From Octopus vulgaris (taxonomy: Eukaryota), in assembly GCA_951406725.2 (NCBI GenBank), contig OX597814.1:75144001-75208000 (forward strand): DNA of 64,000 bases. Reading direction: 5' to 3'. The notes beneath the pieces were generated by a model, which was not told the origin of the DNA, did no database searches, and worked only from the letters and a program-made list of their open reading frames with translations. Positions 29,897 through 41,429 of this stretch are shown here, in pieces; the first letter of the stretch is position 1, and each line of letters starts with the position of its first letter. Made by a program: the position numbers and the translations under genes.

Positions 29897-30530
29897 CTTG
29901 TCCTAAGTCACTTTGACTATTGCTCTCAGCTATGGTCACCATCCAGTGTCAAGTTAATCACAGAACTTGAGGCGATCCAACGAAGCTACACGAAGAAGAT
30001 AGCCTCAGTGCAGCATATAAGTTATTGGGAAAGACTCAAGAGATTGAGACTCTATTCCTTAGAGCGTAGGCGAGAAAGATATGCCATAATATACATCCAG
30101 AAGATCCTAGAAGAACTTGTCCCAAACTTTGGCATCGAGAGTTACACAAATGCCAGAACTGGGCGCCACTGCATAGTGCCAAGGACTCCGAAGTTGCCAT
30201 CAAAATGAAGGACAAGATACTGTGATAGCGTGGGCTTCCGAGGCCCACAGCTCTTCAATATCCTCCTGATCAACCTAAGAGACCTGCATGGGGTGGATGC
30301 AGATGTCTTTAAAATAAAACTGGATCTCTTCTTTTCAGGTGTCCCAGATGAACCAACTTCACGGCAGGAGGTGCAGATGAGGGCAGCTGCATCGAACTCT
30401 CTCATGCACCAAATGGCAATTGCTAAAAAGCATTCGTGAAGTAAAATCATGTAGCAACACCAAATGGTGGTGCCCCAGCATGGCCACAGCTTGTGAGCAG
30501 AAACTAGATAAAAAAAAATAAAATAAAAAA
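29897..30530 (+). mobile_element. CR1-like LINE, 3' fragment with intact 3' end
   Basis: [61 protein letters not shown]. Ends ggtggtgccccagcatggccacagc...gaaac plus an A-rich tail. Confidence 0.9.
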
Positions 30531-30852
30531 TATATACATATATACACATATACATATACACACATATATATATATATATACATATATACACACACATATA
30601 TGTATATATACATATATACACACATATATATATATATTTATATATATATATATATACACATACATATATACACATATATATATACATACATATATACACA
30701 TATAGACACATATATATACATACATATATACACATATATATATACATACATATATACACATATAGACACATATATATACATACATATATACACATATATA
30801 TATATTCATACATATATACACACATATATATATACATACATATATACACACA

Positions 30853-30886
<34 letters not shown>

Positions 30887-31201
30887 CACATATATATATA
30901 TATATATCTATATATACACATATATATGCACATACATATATATATATACATACATATATATATACATATATATATATATATACATACACATACATATATA
31001 TATACATATATATATATATATACATATATATATACACATATATATATATACATATATATATATACACATATAAATACATATATATATATATATATGCATA
31101 TACATATATATACATACATATATATATATATACATATACATACATATATATATATATACATATACATACATATACATATATATATATATACATATATATA
31201 T

Positions 31202-31410
31202 GAAAACATCTTTCTTCAAAATGTGACCTCGTGTGTACCGTTGGCGATTTTTTTTCCTCTGTCTTTCCTTCTCCTATGTTTCGGACGAAGAGCTCCGCTT
31301 GAAACGTTAGACCCTCCTTCTTTCCTTCTTTCCTGAGCGTCCAATAATACTATATTCGTTCCACGTCCTCGTGTTGTGTTTCTTTGTGATTTCTTGTTTG
31401 GATTAACAAC
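31202..31410 (+). mobile_element. Penelope-like terminal-repeat (pLTR) fragment
   Basis: Shares its layout (..gaagagc..gctcgaaacgtt..ttcctgagcg..taatac) with the 3' end of the PLE at 46020-46150; duplicated at 37446-37673. Confidence 0.7.
31278..31312 (+). ncRNA. Minimal type I hammerhead motif, variant core (CGGACGA)
   Basis: gttt-cggacga-a-gagc-tcc-gctt-gaaa-cgt-t-agac: stem I, stem II, GAAA and palindromic ACGU stem III. U4 is changed. Confidence 0.6.
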
Positions 31411-31529
31411 ATATATATATACATATATATATATACATACACATATACATACATATATATATATATACATACGTATATACATATATATAGATAAATGAAA
31501 GAATGGAGTGGAACGACGATTTAACAAAA

Positions 31530-31628
31530 TTCCTTTATTCTCGACATACGTTTCGAAGACTGCATATTCTTAATTCCGAAGGAATAAAGGGTGCATTATG
31601 CCGTCTTCTCATCAGGAAAGACAAGGAA
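31530..31628 (-). ncRNA. Type I hammerhead ribozyme, intact core (within a ~220-bp element at 31490-31707)
   Basis: Minus strand: stem I 5' arm, CUGAUGA (31615-31609), stem II GAAGAC.GCAUA/UAUGC.GUCUUC, GAAA (31554-31551), stem III ACGUAUGU, GUC triplet (31545-31543), stem I 3' arm GAGAAUAAAGGAA. Confidence 0.88.
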
Positions 31629-31837
31629 CTTATGTCAGCATCATGATGAACAAAAACTTTTAGATGACTGCCCACACAAAGTCCATAGTGATAATGAGTG
31701 TTTCTTTATATATATATATATATATACATATATATATACATACATATATATATACATATATATATATACATACATACATATATATACATACATACATATA
31801 TATATATACATACTTATATACATACATATATATATAC

Positions 31838-31892
<55 letters not shown>

Positions 31893-31927
31893 CATACATA
31901 CATATATATATATACATACATATATAT

Positions 31928-32333
31928 ACTCTTTTACTCTTTACTCTTTTACTTGTTTCAGTCATTTGACTGCGGCCATGCTGAAGCACCGCCTTTAGTC
32001 GAGCAAATCGACCCTGGGACTTATTCTTTGTAAGCACAGTACTTATTCTATCGGTCTCTTTTGCCGAACCGCTAAGTGATGGGGACGTAAACACACCAGC
32101 ATTGGTTGTCAAGCAATGCTAGGGGGACAAACACAGACACACACATATATATATATATATACATATATACGACAGGCTTCTTTCAGTTTCCGTCTACCAA
32201 ATCCACTCACAAGGCATTGGTCGGCCCGGGGCTTTAGCAGAAGACACTTGCCCAAGATGCCACGCAGTGGGACTGAGCACGGAACCATGTGGCTGGTTAG
32301 CAAGCTACTTACTACACAGCCACTCCTGCGCCT
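31928..32333 (-). mobile_element. tRNA-derived SINE family B, full-length
   Basis: Head aggcgcaggagtggctgtgtagtaag...gctcagtccc, internal TA/TG microsatellite, and a (taaaagag)n tail. Confidence 0.9.
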
Positions 32334-32964
32334 ATATATATACATACATATATATATACATACATATACATACATACATATATATAAATACATACATATA
32401 TATACAAATATATATATACATACATATATATACAAATATATATATACATACATATATATACATATATATATATACATACATACATATATATACACATATA
32501 TATATACATACATATACATATACATATATATACATATATATATACATATATATACATATACATACATACATACATATATATATATATATACATACATATA
32601 TATACATATACATACATACATATATATATATACATACATATATATATATACATACAAATATATATATATATATACGTACATACATATATATATATATACG
32701 TACATACATATATATATATATATACATACATACATATATATATATATATATGTATGTATATACATATATATATATATACATATACATACATACATATATA
32801 TATATACATATATATTTACATATACATATATATATACATATATATATATACATATATATATATACATATATATATATACATATATATATATATACATATA
32901 TACACACACACACATATATATATATATACATATATACACACACACACATATATATATAAATATA

Positions 32965-33343
32965 CTAGCAGTATCGCCCGGCGTTGCTCAGGTTTGTAAG
33001 GGAAATAACTATAAAGCATTTTTAGAGAGTTATAGCCAAAAAATAGCAAAAAAATGGAAAAAAAATGATGGTAAATTTTTTTTGAGAGTTAAAAAAGGTG
33101 GAGTTGCGTCCCCTAGACGGTCTGTGGTTTGGGTTTCTGATTCTCGACCCCATGTCGAATTTATCGATTTTTTTCAGAACTGGGGGAACTTTTCAAAATT
33201 TTCGCTGCGTTAGTTTTGAATTATGACATTGGGCTATGTGTGTGTCAAGTTTCATCAGAATCGGTTGAAAGCCGTGGTCAGAGTGAGGGTACGAGAAAAC
33301 AGACACACAGAAAACGCACAGACAAACTGCCGTTTATATAGAG

Positions 33344-33348
<5 letters not shown>
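32965..33348 (-). mobile_element. Non-autonomous Helitron
   Basis: Minus strand starts A|TC, ends CTAG|T, and has a GC hairpin (cctgagcaacgccggg) about 8 nt before the CTAG. Confidence 0.8.
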
Positions 33349-33380
<32 letters not shown>

Positions 33381-33440
33381 CACACACATATATATATATA
33401 CATATATACACACATATATATATACATATATACACACACA

Positions 33441-36400
33441 GGAACACTCACAGGCAAGGAACACAGGTACAAGATTTTCTGGGCAGGGAACACTCACGGG
33501 GTCGGGGGCGTGGGTATACTTCTTGCGGAGAAATAGGTAGATAAGGTAATCGAGGTAGTCAGAGTAAGTGACAGAGTAATTAAAATTAGATTAGTCCTTC
33601 ACCATAGGACAGCTACCATCATCTCGGCATATGCCCCTCAACCAGGGCTACCGAAGGACAAAAAGACCAATTCTATGACACCCTATTGCAGACTACCTCG
33701 TTGACAAATGACAGTGACCTTCTCTTCGTGGCAGGTGATTTCAATGGACATGTTGGACGGCATGTCGGGGGCTTCCATGGCGTCCATGGTTTTGGCTCTC
33801 GTAATGAGGAGGGAACCAGGCTGCTGGAGTTCTGCGATGCAAATGACCTTATGGTCTGCAATACCAACTTCAGGAAACCCACCTCTCACCTAGTCACCTA
33901 CCGTTCTGGCAGACACACCAGCGAGATTGACTACATCCTTGCCAGAAAAAGGGAAAGAGGGCTGATTATAAATGCCAAAACCTTTCCAGGCGAAGAGTGT
34001 ACTCCTCAACATAGATTAGTAGTTAGCGACTTCAGGATCAGAGCTAAATGGTTGCCCAGAAGAAGACCAGCTTGGAGGAGAAGGGTCTGGAAGCTTAAAG
34101 ATCCTGCAAATGGACAGAGATTTAGAGGCATACTACTCGAAGCCTTTGACGAAATAGAAAGGGGATATAGCTTCACTTAATGTGGAAGACAACTGGAGAT
34201 TTCTACGGGACAATCTGCTGACAGCCACTGACCAGATCTGTGGATGGAGCAAAGTACCATCTCGACCCAGAGTAACATGGTGGTGGAACACTGTGGTTGA
34301 CAGGGCTATTAGACAAAAGAGACAGGCTTGGAAGGACTGGAAGAATGGTGGTAGCAGGGAATTGTATCAGACAGCCTGAAGGGAAGCTAGGAGACAGGTT
34401 TATTTAGCCAGAGGGGAAGCGGATAAGAAAAAATTTGCCAATGTTCTGAGCCGTGAGGATGAAAGACTTGAGGTATTTCGTGTTGCAAGACAGTGTGTGA
34501 GAGAGAATCGTGATGTGGTAGGAGAGAAGTGTGTTCACATGGATGATGGTTCACTTGCGCTAAATGAGGATGCAAAGAGAGAGGTTTGGAGATGTCACTA
34601 TGAAAGGTTGCTGAATAAAGAAAATGAATGGGATAAAGAGAGTCTGCCTAATGTTGACCCAACAGAGGGACCAGCTATCCGAGTTGATAGTTCCGTGGTA
34701 GCTAAGGCAATTAGAAGCATGAAGACAGGGAAAGCCCCAGGCCCATCAGGAATTACTGCAGAGATGCTCAAAATATCTGGCAGTGTCGGCTATAACCTAG
34801 TCACCCGTATAGTCAACCAGGTGATACACGAAGGAGTCATATCCAATGACTGGTGTAGCAGCATACTAGTCAACTGCTACAAAGGTAAAGGTAATGCCCT
34901 AGATACAAATAATTACAGAGGTATCAAGCTGTTGGATCAGGTAATGAAGGTTACGGAGAGGGTCATAGCCCAACTAATTAGAGAGAGAGCTAGTTTAGAT
35001 GAGATGCAGTTTGGGTTCGTGCCAGGGAAAAGCACCACTGATGCTATATTCCTGGTAAGGCACCTGCAGGAGAAATACCTAGCCAAAGATAAGCCCCTGT
35101 ACCTGGCTTTCGTTGACACAGAGAAAGCCTTTGATAGGGTCCCCCGATCCCTCATCTGGTGGTCAATGAGGAAACTAGGGATAAATGAATGGCTGGTGAG
35201 GGCTGTGCAAGCCATGTACAGAGATGCCGTAAGTAAGGTTAGGGTTGGCAACATGTACACAGAAGAATTCAAAGTAGAGGTTGGGGTCCACCAGGGTTCA
35301 GTACTCAGCCCCCTCCTATTTATCATAGTCCTCCAGGCAATTGTGGAGGAATTCAAGACAGGTTGCCCCTGGGAGCTCCTCTATGCTGACGACCTCGCTC
35401 TAATTGCTGAGTCACTATCAGAACTGGAGGAGAAGTTCCAGGTGTGGAAGGAGGGTTTAGAATCGAGGGGCCTTAGAGTCAACCTAGCTAAAACCAAAGT
35501 ACTAATAAGTAGAAAGGTAGACAATCCACAAATGTCTTCAGGAAGATGGCCCTGCTCGATCTGTAGAAAAGGTGTAGGTAGAAACTCTATAAGATGTACC
35601 CAGTGTAAGCTATGGACACATAAGAGGTGCAGCAATGTCAAAGGTAGGCTAACTGGGAAGATAGTTTTTGTATGTGGCAGATGCTCGGGAGCATTGACCT
35701 CCGAAAATCTGCAGAAAACAACTTCCGTCACTTTCCAGGGCGAAAAACTAGAAGTAGTTGATAGCTCCCGTTATCTAGGTGACCAAGTCAGTAGTGGGGG
35801 TGGGTGCACTGAGAGTGTAACTGCTAGAATAAGAATAGCCTGGGCAAAGTTTAGGGAGCTCTTACCTCTGCTGGTGACTAAAGGCCTCTCGCTCAGAGTA
35901 AAAGGCAGACTGTATGATGCATGTGTACGAACTGCCATGCTACATGGCAGTGAAACATGGGCCGTGACTGCTGAGGACATGCGTAAGCTCATGAGGAATG
36001 AAGCCAGTATGCTCCGATGGATGTGTAATGTCAGTGTACTTACTCGACAGAGCGTTAGTTCCTTGAAATGTTGTACCTAAGAAGCATCAGTTGTGGTGTG
36101 CAAGAGAGACGATTGCGCTGGTATGGTCATGTGGCGAGAATGGATGAAGATAGGTGTGTGAGAAAGTGCCAATCCCTAGCAGTTGAGGGAACCCGTGGAA
36201 GAGGTAGACCCAGGAAAACCCGGGACGAGGTGGTGAAGCACGACCTTCGAACGTTAGGACTCACCATGGAAATGACTAGAGACCGAGACCTATGGAAGTA
36301 TGCTGTGCGTGAGAAGACCCGGCAAGACTAGTGAAGCCATAACCCGTGGCCCCTACCTGGGACGTAGTCAGTCCACCTGTGCATACCTTCCTTCTTGTGA

Positions 36401-36920
36401 ACACTTGTGAAGACCTGTTGAGGCAAGTGAAAATCAAATCAAATCAAATCAAAATAAATGAACATCAATGGAATTTGTATCCTTGTGGTACCAGTGCTGG
36501 TGGCACATAAGAAAACCATCCGAACGTGGCCGTAGCCAGTAGCGCATCGACTGGCCTCCGTGCTGTGGGCATGTAACAAACACCATCCGATCGTGGCCGT
36601 TCGCCAGCCTCGTCTGGCACCTGTGTCGGTGGCACATAAAAAACACCATCCGAGCGTGGCCGTCTGCCACCTGTGTCAGTGGCACATAAAAAACACCATC
36701 CGAGCGTGGCCGTCTGCCAGCCTTGTCTGGCACCTGTGTCGGTGGCACATAAAATCACCCACTACACTCTCGGAGTGGTTGGCGTTAGGAAGGGCATCCA
36801 GCTGTAGAAACACTGCCAGATCTGACTAGCCTGGTGCAGACTTCGGGCTTGCCAGACCCCAGTTGAACCGTCCAACCAATGCTAGCATGGAAAGCGAACG
36901 TTAAACGATGATGATGATGA
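33441..36920 (+). mobile_element. RTE-clade LINE, near full-length and 5'-truncated (APE-RT, a few frameshifts/stops)
   Basis: APE motifs (SAYAPQ, GDFNGHVG, IDYIL, QHRLV). RT ORF 34497-36080 (NYRGIKLL, KAFDRV, GVHQGSVLSPLLF, YADD, YLG). C-terminal RLRWYGHVAR..RGRGRPRKT to 36331, then a 3' UTR and a (GAT)n tail. Confidence 0.97.
36495..36760 (+). repeat. ~65-bp minisatellite (about 4 units) in the RTE 3' UTR
   Basis: Repeated ggtggcacataaaaaacaccatccgagcgtggccgtctgccagcct..tctggcacctgtgtc; one unit is internally deleted. Confidence 0.9.
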
Positions 36921-37537
36921 TATATATACATATATACACATATATATATACATACATATATACACATATATATATACATACATATATACACATATATATA
37001 CATATATATACATATATATATACATACATATATACATATATACATACATATATACATACATATATACACATATATATATACATACATATATACACATATA
37101 TATATATACATACATATATATACATATATACATATATATATATATACATATATATATATACACATATACATATATATATATACACATATACATATACATA
37201 TATACATATATATATATACACATATATATGCACATATATATATACATACATATATATATACATACACATACATATATACATACACATACATATATATATA
37301 CATATATATATATATACATATATATATACACATATAAATACATATATATATATACATATACATACATATACATATATATATATACATACATACATATATA
37401 CATACATACATATATACATACATATATATATATATACATATATATGAAAACATCTTTCTTCAAAATGTGACCTCGTGCGTACCATTGGCGATTTTTTTTC
37501 CTCTGTCTTCCCTTCTCTGGATCTTTCCTTCTCCTAT

Positions 37538-37572
37538 GTTTCCGACGAATAGCTCCGCTCGAAACGTTAGAC
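37538..37572 (+). ncRNA. Minimal type I hammerhead motif, variant core (CCGACGA), in pLTR fragment 37446-37673
   Basis: gttt-ccgacga-a-tagc-tcc-gctc-gaaa-cgt-t-agac. Confidence 0.6.
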
Positions 37573-37822
37573 CCTCCTTCTTTCCTTCTTTCCTGAGCGT
37601 CCAATAATACTATATTCGTTCCACGTCCTCGCGTTGTTGTGTTTTTTTGTGTTTTCTTGTTTGGATTAACTACATATATATATACATATATATATATATA
37701 CATACACATATACATACATATATATATACATACATATATAGATACATATATATATACATATAGATATATATATATATAGATAGATAAATGAAAGAATGGA
37801 GTTGAATGAGGATTTAACAAAA

Positions 37823-37921
37823 TTCCTATATTCTCGACATATGTTTCGAAGACTGCATATTCTTAATTCCGAAGGAATAAAGGGTGCATTATGCCGTCTT
37901 CTCATCAGGAAAGACAAGGAA
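37823..37921 (-). ncRNA. Type I hammerhead ribozyme, intact core (element 37783-38000)
   Basis: CUGAUGA at 37908-37902, same stem II as the 31.5 kb copy, GAAA at 37847-37844, perfectly palindromic stem III ACAUAUGU, GUC at 37838-37836. Confidence 0.9.
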
Positions 37922-38314
37922 CTTATGTCAGCATCATGATGAACAAAAACTTTTAGATAACTGCCCACACAGAGCCCATAGTGATAATGAGTGTTTCTTT
38001 ATATATATATATACATATATACATATATATATACATACATATATACATATATATATACATACATATATACATATATATATACATACATACATACATATAT
38101 AAATACATACATATATATATATATATATACATACATACTTATATACATACATATATATATACATATATATATATATACACATATATATATGGTGGTGCTA
38201 TTAAGTTAGACATGGCCTGGGCCAATAATGGCCGAAACCTATCAAAGTATCAAAGTATATATATATACATATATACATACATACATACATATATATATAT
38301 ATATACATATATAT

Positions 38315-38522
38315 ACTCTTTTACTCTTTACTCTTTTACTTGTTTCAGTCATTTGATGCGGCCATGCTGGAGCACCGTCTTCAGTCGAGCAAATCGACCC
38401 CGGGACTTATTCTTTGTAAGCACAGTACTTATTCTATCGGTCTCTTTTGCCGAACCGCCAAGTGATGGGGACGTAAACACACCAGCATTGGTTGTCAAGC
38501 AATGCTAGGCGAACAAACACAG

Positions 38523-38553
<31 letters not shown>

Positions 38554-38717
38554 AGACAGGCTTCTTTCAGTTTCCGTCTACCAAATCCACTCATAAGGCA
38601 TTGGTCGGCCCGGGGCTTTAGCAGAAGACACTTGTCCAAGATGCCACGCAATGGGACTGAAAACGGAACCATGTGGCTGGTTAGCAAGCTACTTACCAAA
38701 CAGCCACTCCTGCGCCT
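38315..38717 (-). mobile_element. SINE family B, full-length (cassette B copy)
   Basis: Near-identical to 31928-32333. Confidence 0.9.
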
Positions 38718-38886
38718 ATATATATATATACATATATATATACATATATATATACATACATACATATAAATACATACATATATATATATACATACATACA
38801 TACATATGAATATATATATATATATACATACATATATATATACAAATATATATATACATACATACATATATATACAAATATACATA

Positions 38887-38918
<32 letters not shown>

Positions 38919-39359
38919 CATACATACATACATATACATATATATATATATATACATATATATATACATATATGTACATACATATATATATATATATACA
39001 TATATACATACATATATATATACATATACGTACATACATATATATATATATATATACATATATACATACATATATATATATACATATACGTACATACATA
39101 TATATATATACATATATACATACATATACTTACATACATATATATATATACATATATACATACATATATATATATACATATACGTACATACATATATATA
39201 TATACATATACGTACATACATATATATACATATACGTACATACATATATATATATATATATACATACATATATATATATATATATATTTACATATACATA
39301 TATATTTACATATACATATATATTTACATATATATACATATAAACATATACATATAAAC

Positions 39360-39410
<51 letters not shown>

Positions 39411-39479
39411 CATATACATAGATACATATATATACATACATACATATATATTCATATATACATATATATACATATATAA

Positions 39480-41237
39480 AGGTAAAGTTTATGAAAAAAA
39501 CAAAAGACGAAGACAGGTGGTGTACAAAACAAACAGATGTATTAGTATAACGCTCAGGAATAGAAAAAGTCTTTTACGTTTTGAGCCTACGCTTATCTAC
39601 AGAAAGGTACACAGAAAAAAACAAGGAGAGAAAAAAATGTGTGTAGTGGCTAATGATTTATCATGGCGTCTGACTCAGACAAAATGATCAGACGGGAGGA
39701 GGAAAGTAGGGGAGATAACAAGGTAAAGATGACCCCCAACACAAAGGTGCATGTGTGTATAAGAGAGTATGTATGTGCGTATGAAAGATGGCTGGTGGTC
39801 TTGACATATGTGTGGATGTGGAGATGTAGGGATGGGTGTGTGGTGGTGTGTTGTGATGTGTATGTATGTGTAGGTGTGAAGATGTGGGGATGGGTGTGTG
39901 GGTGGTGTGATGTTGTGAGGAGGTGGGGGAGGCGAGAATGGGGAAAGCACGGGTTGGGTGTGGGTTCGGCTGGGGGTTGTGTGTAGGCAGAGGGTGGGGG
40001 TAGAGGTGAGGTACGTGGGGAGGGGAGTGGGATAGGGTGGGGGATAGGAAGGATAGGGAAGGTGGAGTAGTGGTGGGTGGGTTTATGGGGGGAGGGAAAG
40101 GTGGGTACGTGAGGAGAGGAGAGGAGGAGAGAGTAAGAGAGGAGAGAAAGAGAGAGTGAAAGAGTAGGAGAGAAGAGAGAAAGAGAATAAGAGAAGAGAG
40201 AGAAAGAGGGAAGGATGGAAGAAGGAAGGAGGGGAGAGAAAGAAAGAGAGTAGGAGAGAAGAGAGAAAAAGAGTAGAGGTGAAGAGAAGTAGCAGTGAAG
40301 AGATGTGGGAGTGAAGTAGGAGTGAAGAGAAGTAGGAGTTGGGTCAAGAGAGGAGAGTTGGGAGGGATGGAGGAGGGAGGGGGAGAGAGGAAAGGAGAGA
40401 GAGGGAGCAGAGAGAAAGAGACAAAGAGAGTAGGGGAGAAGAGGGAAAGAGAGTAGAGGGAAAAGAGGGAAGAAGAGGGAAAGAGAGTAGGGGTGAAAGG
40501 ATGTAGGAGTGAAAGGATGTAGGAGTGAAGAGAAGTAGGAGTCGGGGAGGAGGTTAGATGAAAAGGGGAGGAGAGTTGAGCCCAAATGGCGTAAAAGATC
40601 GAAGAGAGAAGATTAATCCCTGTTCGTGGCGTAAGTGGGAATCAGGATGGCCTCTGTGTAAGGACAATCCGAACACAGACAGGTGTTGCAAGGATTGACC
40701 GGTGGAGCGGAAATGACATGAGACTGGGGTGTCATTGCCGAGGCGGATGTCTCGAAGGTCTTCCGCGAACCGGTCAGCCAAGCGGCGTCCCGTTTGTCCG
40801 ATGTACAGGGAATGGCAGAGAGCAGGAGATGCAATAGATGATATTGCTGGAGGTGCAGGTGAAGGAGTCGATGATGCGATAGGGTTGATGATGTGTGCCG
40901 GTGAGGAGGGTGGTGTTGGAGAGGTAAGGGCAAGTGCGGCAGCGTGGGCGGGAGCAGGGGAACAAGCCGGGTTGGGAAGGAGGGTTGGGGAAGAAGGCTG
41001 TGAACCAAGAGGTCTCATAGGTTATGGGCTTGTTTGAATGAGGGGAGGGGTCGGTTAGGGAAGATGTGTGAAGTGGACGGGTCGGACTAGAGATACCGGA
41101 AAGCTCAGAGAATGGTGAGTTGGAGAGGTAGGGTGGTAAGTGAGGGGAAAAGGGAGACAGGAGACTGCAGGGCAGGTTTGGGGGGAGAGAGCAGATGCAC
41201 GGTCTACGGAACGTGCTCTGGCAAGGGCGGTGTGGAT
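39480..41237 (-). mobile_element. Penelope-like element (Neptune-like), 5'-truncated and frameshifted
   Basis: Minus-strand fragments PCSRPRCRTC..NIIYCISC and LYIGQTGRRLADRF (GIY-YIG), a pyrimidine-rich 3' UTR, and a terminal repeat similar to 45950-46155. Confidence 0.9.
39571..39606 (-). ncRNA. Degenerate minimal hammerhead in the PLE terminal repeat
   Basis: Reverse complement cttt-ctgtaga-t-aagc-gtag-gctc-aaaa-cgt-a-aaag. GAAA has become AAAA, so it is probably inactive. Confidence 0.55.
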
Positions 41238-41269
41238 ATATACATACATACATACATATATATATTTCT

Positions 41270-41428
41270 TTATTGCCCACAAGGGGCTAAACATAGAGGG
41301 GACAAACAAAGACAGACAAAGGGATTAAGTGATTACATTGTCCCAGTGTGTAACTGGTACTTTATTTATCGACTCCGAAAGGATGACAGGCAAAGTTGAC
41401 TTTGGCGGAATTTAAACTCAGAACGTAA
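41270..41428 (-). mobile_element. SINE family A, 3' part
   Basis: Reverse complement gttctgagtttaaattccgccaaagtcaactttgcctgtcatcctttcggagtcgataaataaagtaccag. Confidence 0.8.
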
Positions 41429-41429
41429 C

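Larger units (their letters stand above)
30531..32963. repeat. Composite cassette copy A (microsatellite + PLE pLTR + hammerhead element + SINE B)
   Basis: Same order, orientation and rare microsatellite interruptions as 36921-39478. Confidence 0.9.
36921..39478. repeat. Composite cassette copy B
   Basis: Direct repeat of 30531-32963, with an extra ~65-bp insert at 38191-38256. Confidence 0.9.

Noticed and set aside
34937-35992. Antisense ORFs over the RTE RT (also 273-1649 on +)
   Set aside because: Shadow frames of the RT coding sequence with no independent protein features.
34497-36080. 527-aa RT ORF as an active retrotransposon or domesticated gene
   Set aside because: The element is 5'-truncated with frameshifts, an in-frame stop near 34378 and a disrupted C-terminus, so this copy is non-autonomous.
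36495-36760. Regularly spaced repeats resembling a CRISPR array
   Set aside because: The intervening sequences are themselves repeated, there are no cas genes, the context is eukaryotic, and it lies in a LINE 3' UTR.
29398-39445. Many Y/I/H/T/M/C/V-rich ORFs on both strands
   Set aside because: All derive from TA/CA/TACA microsatellites.
39650-40585. 311-aa S/L/P/F-rich ORF
   Set aside because: Low-complexity polypyrimidine tract of the PLE 3' UTR.
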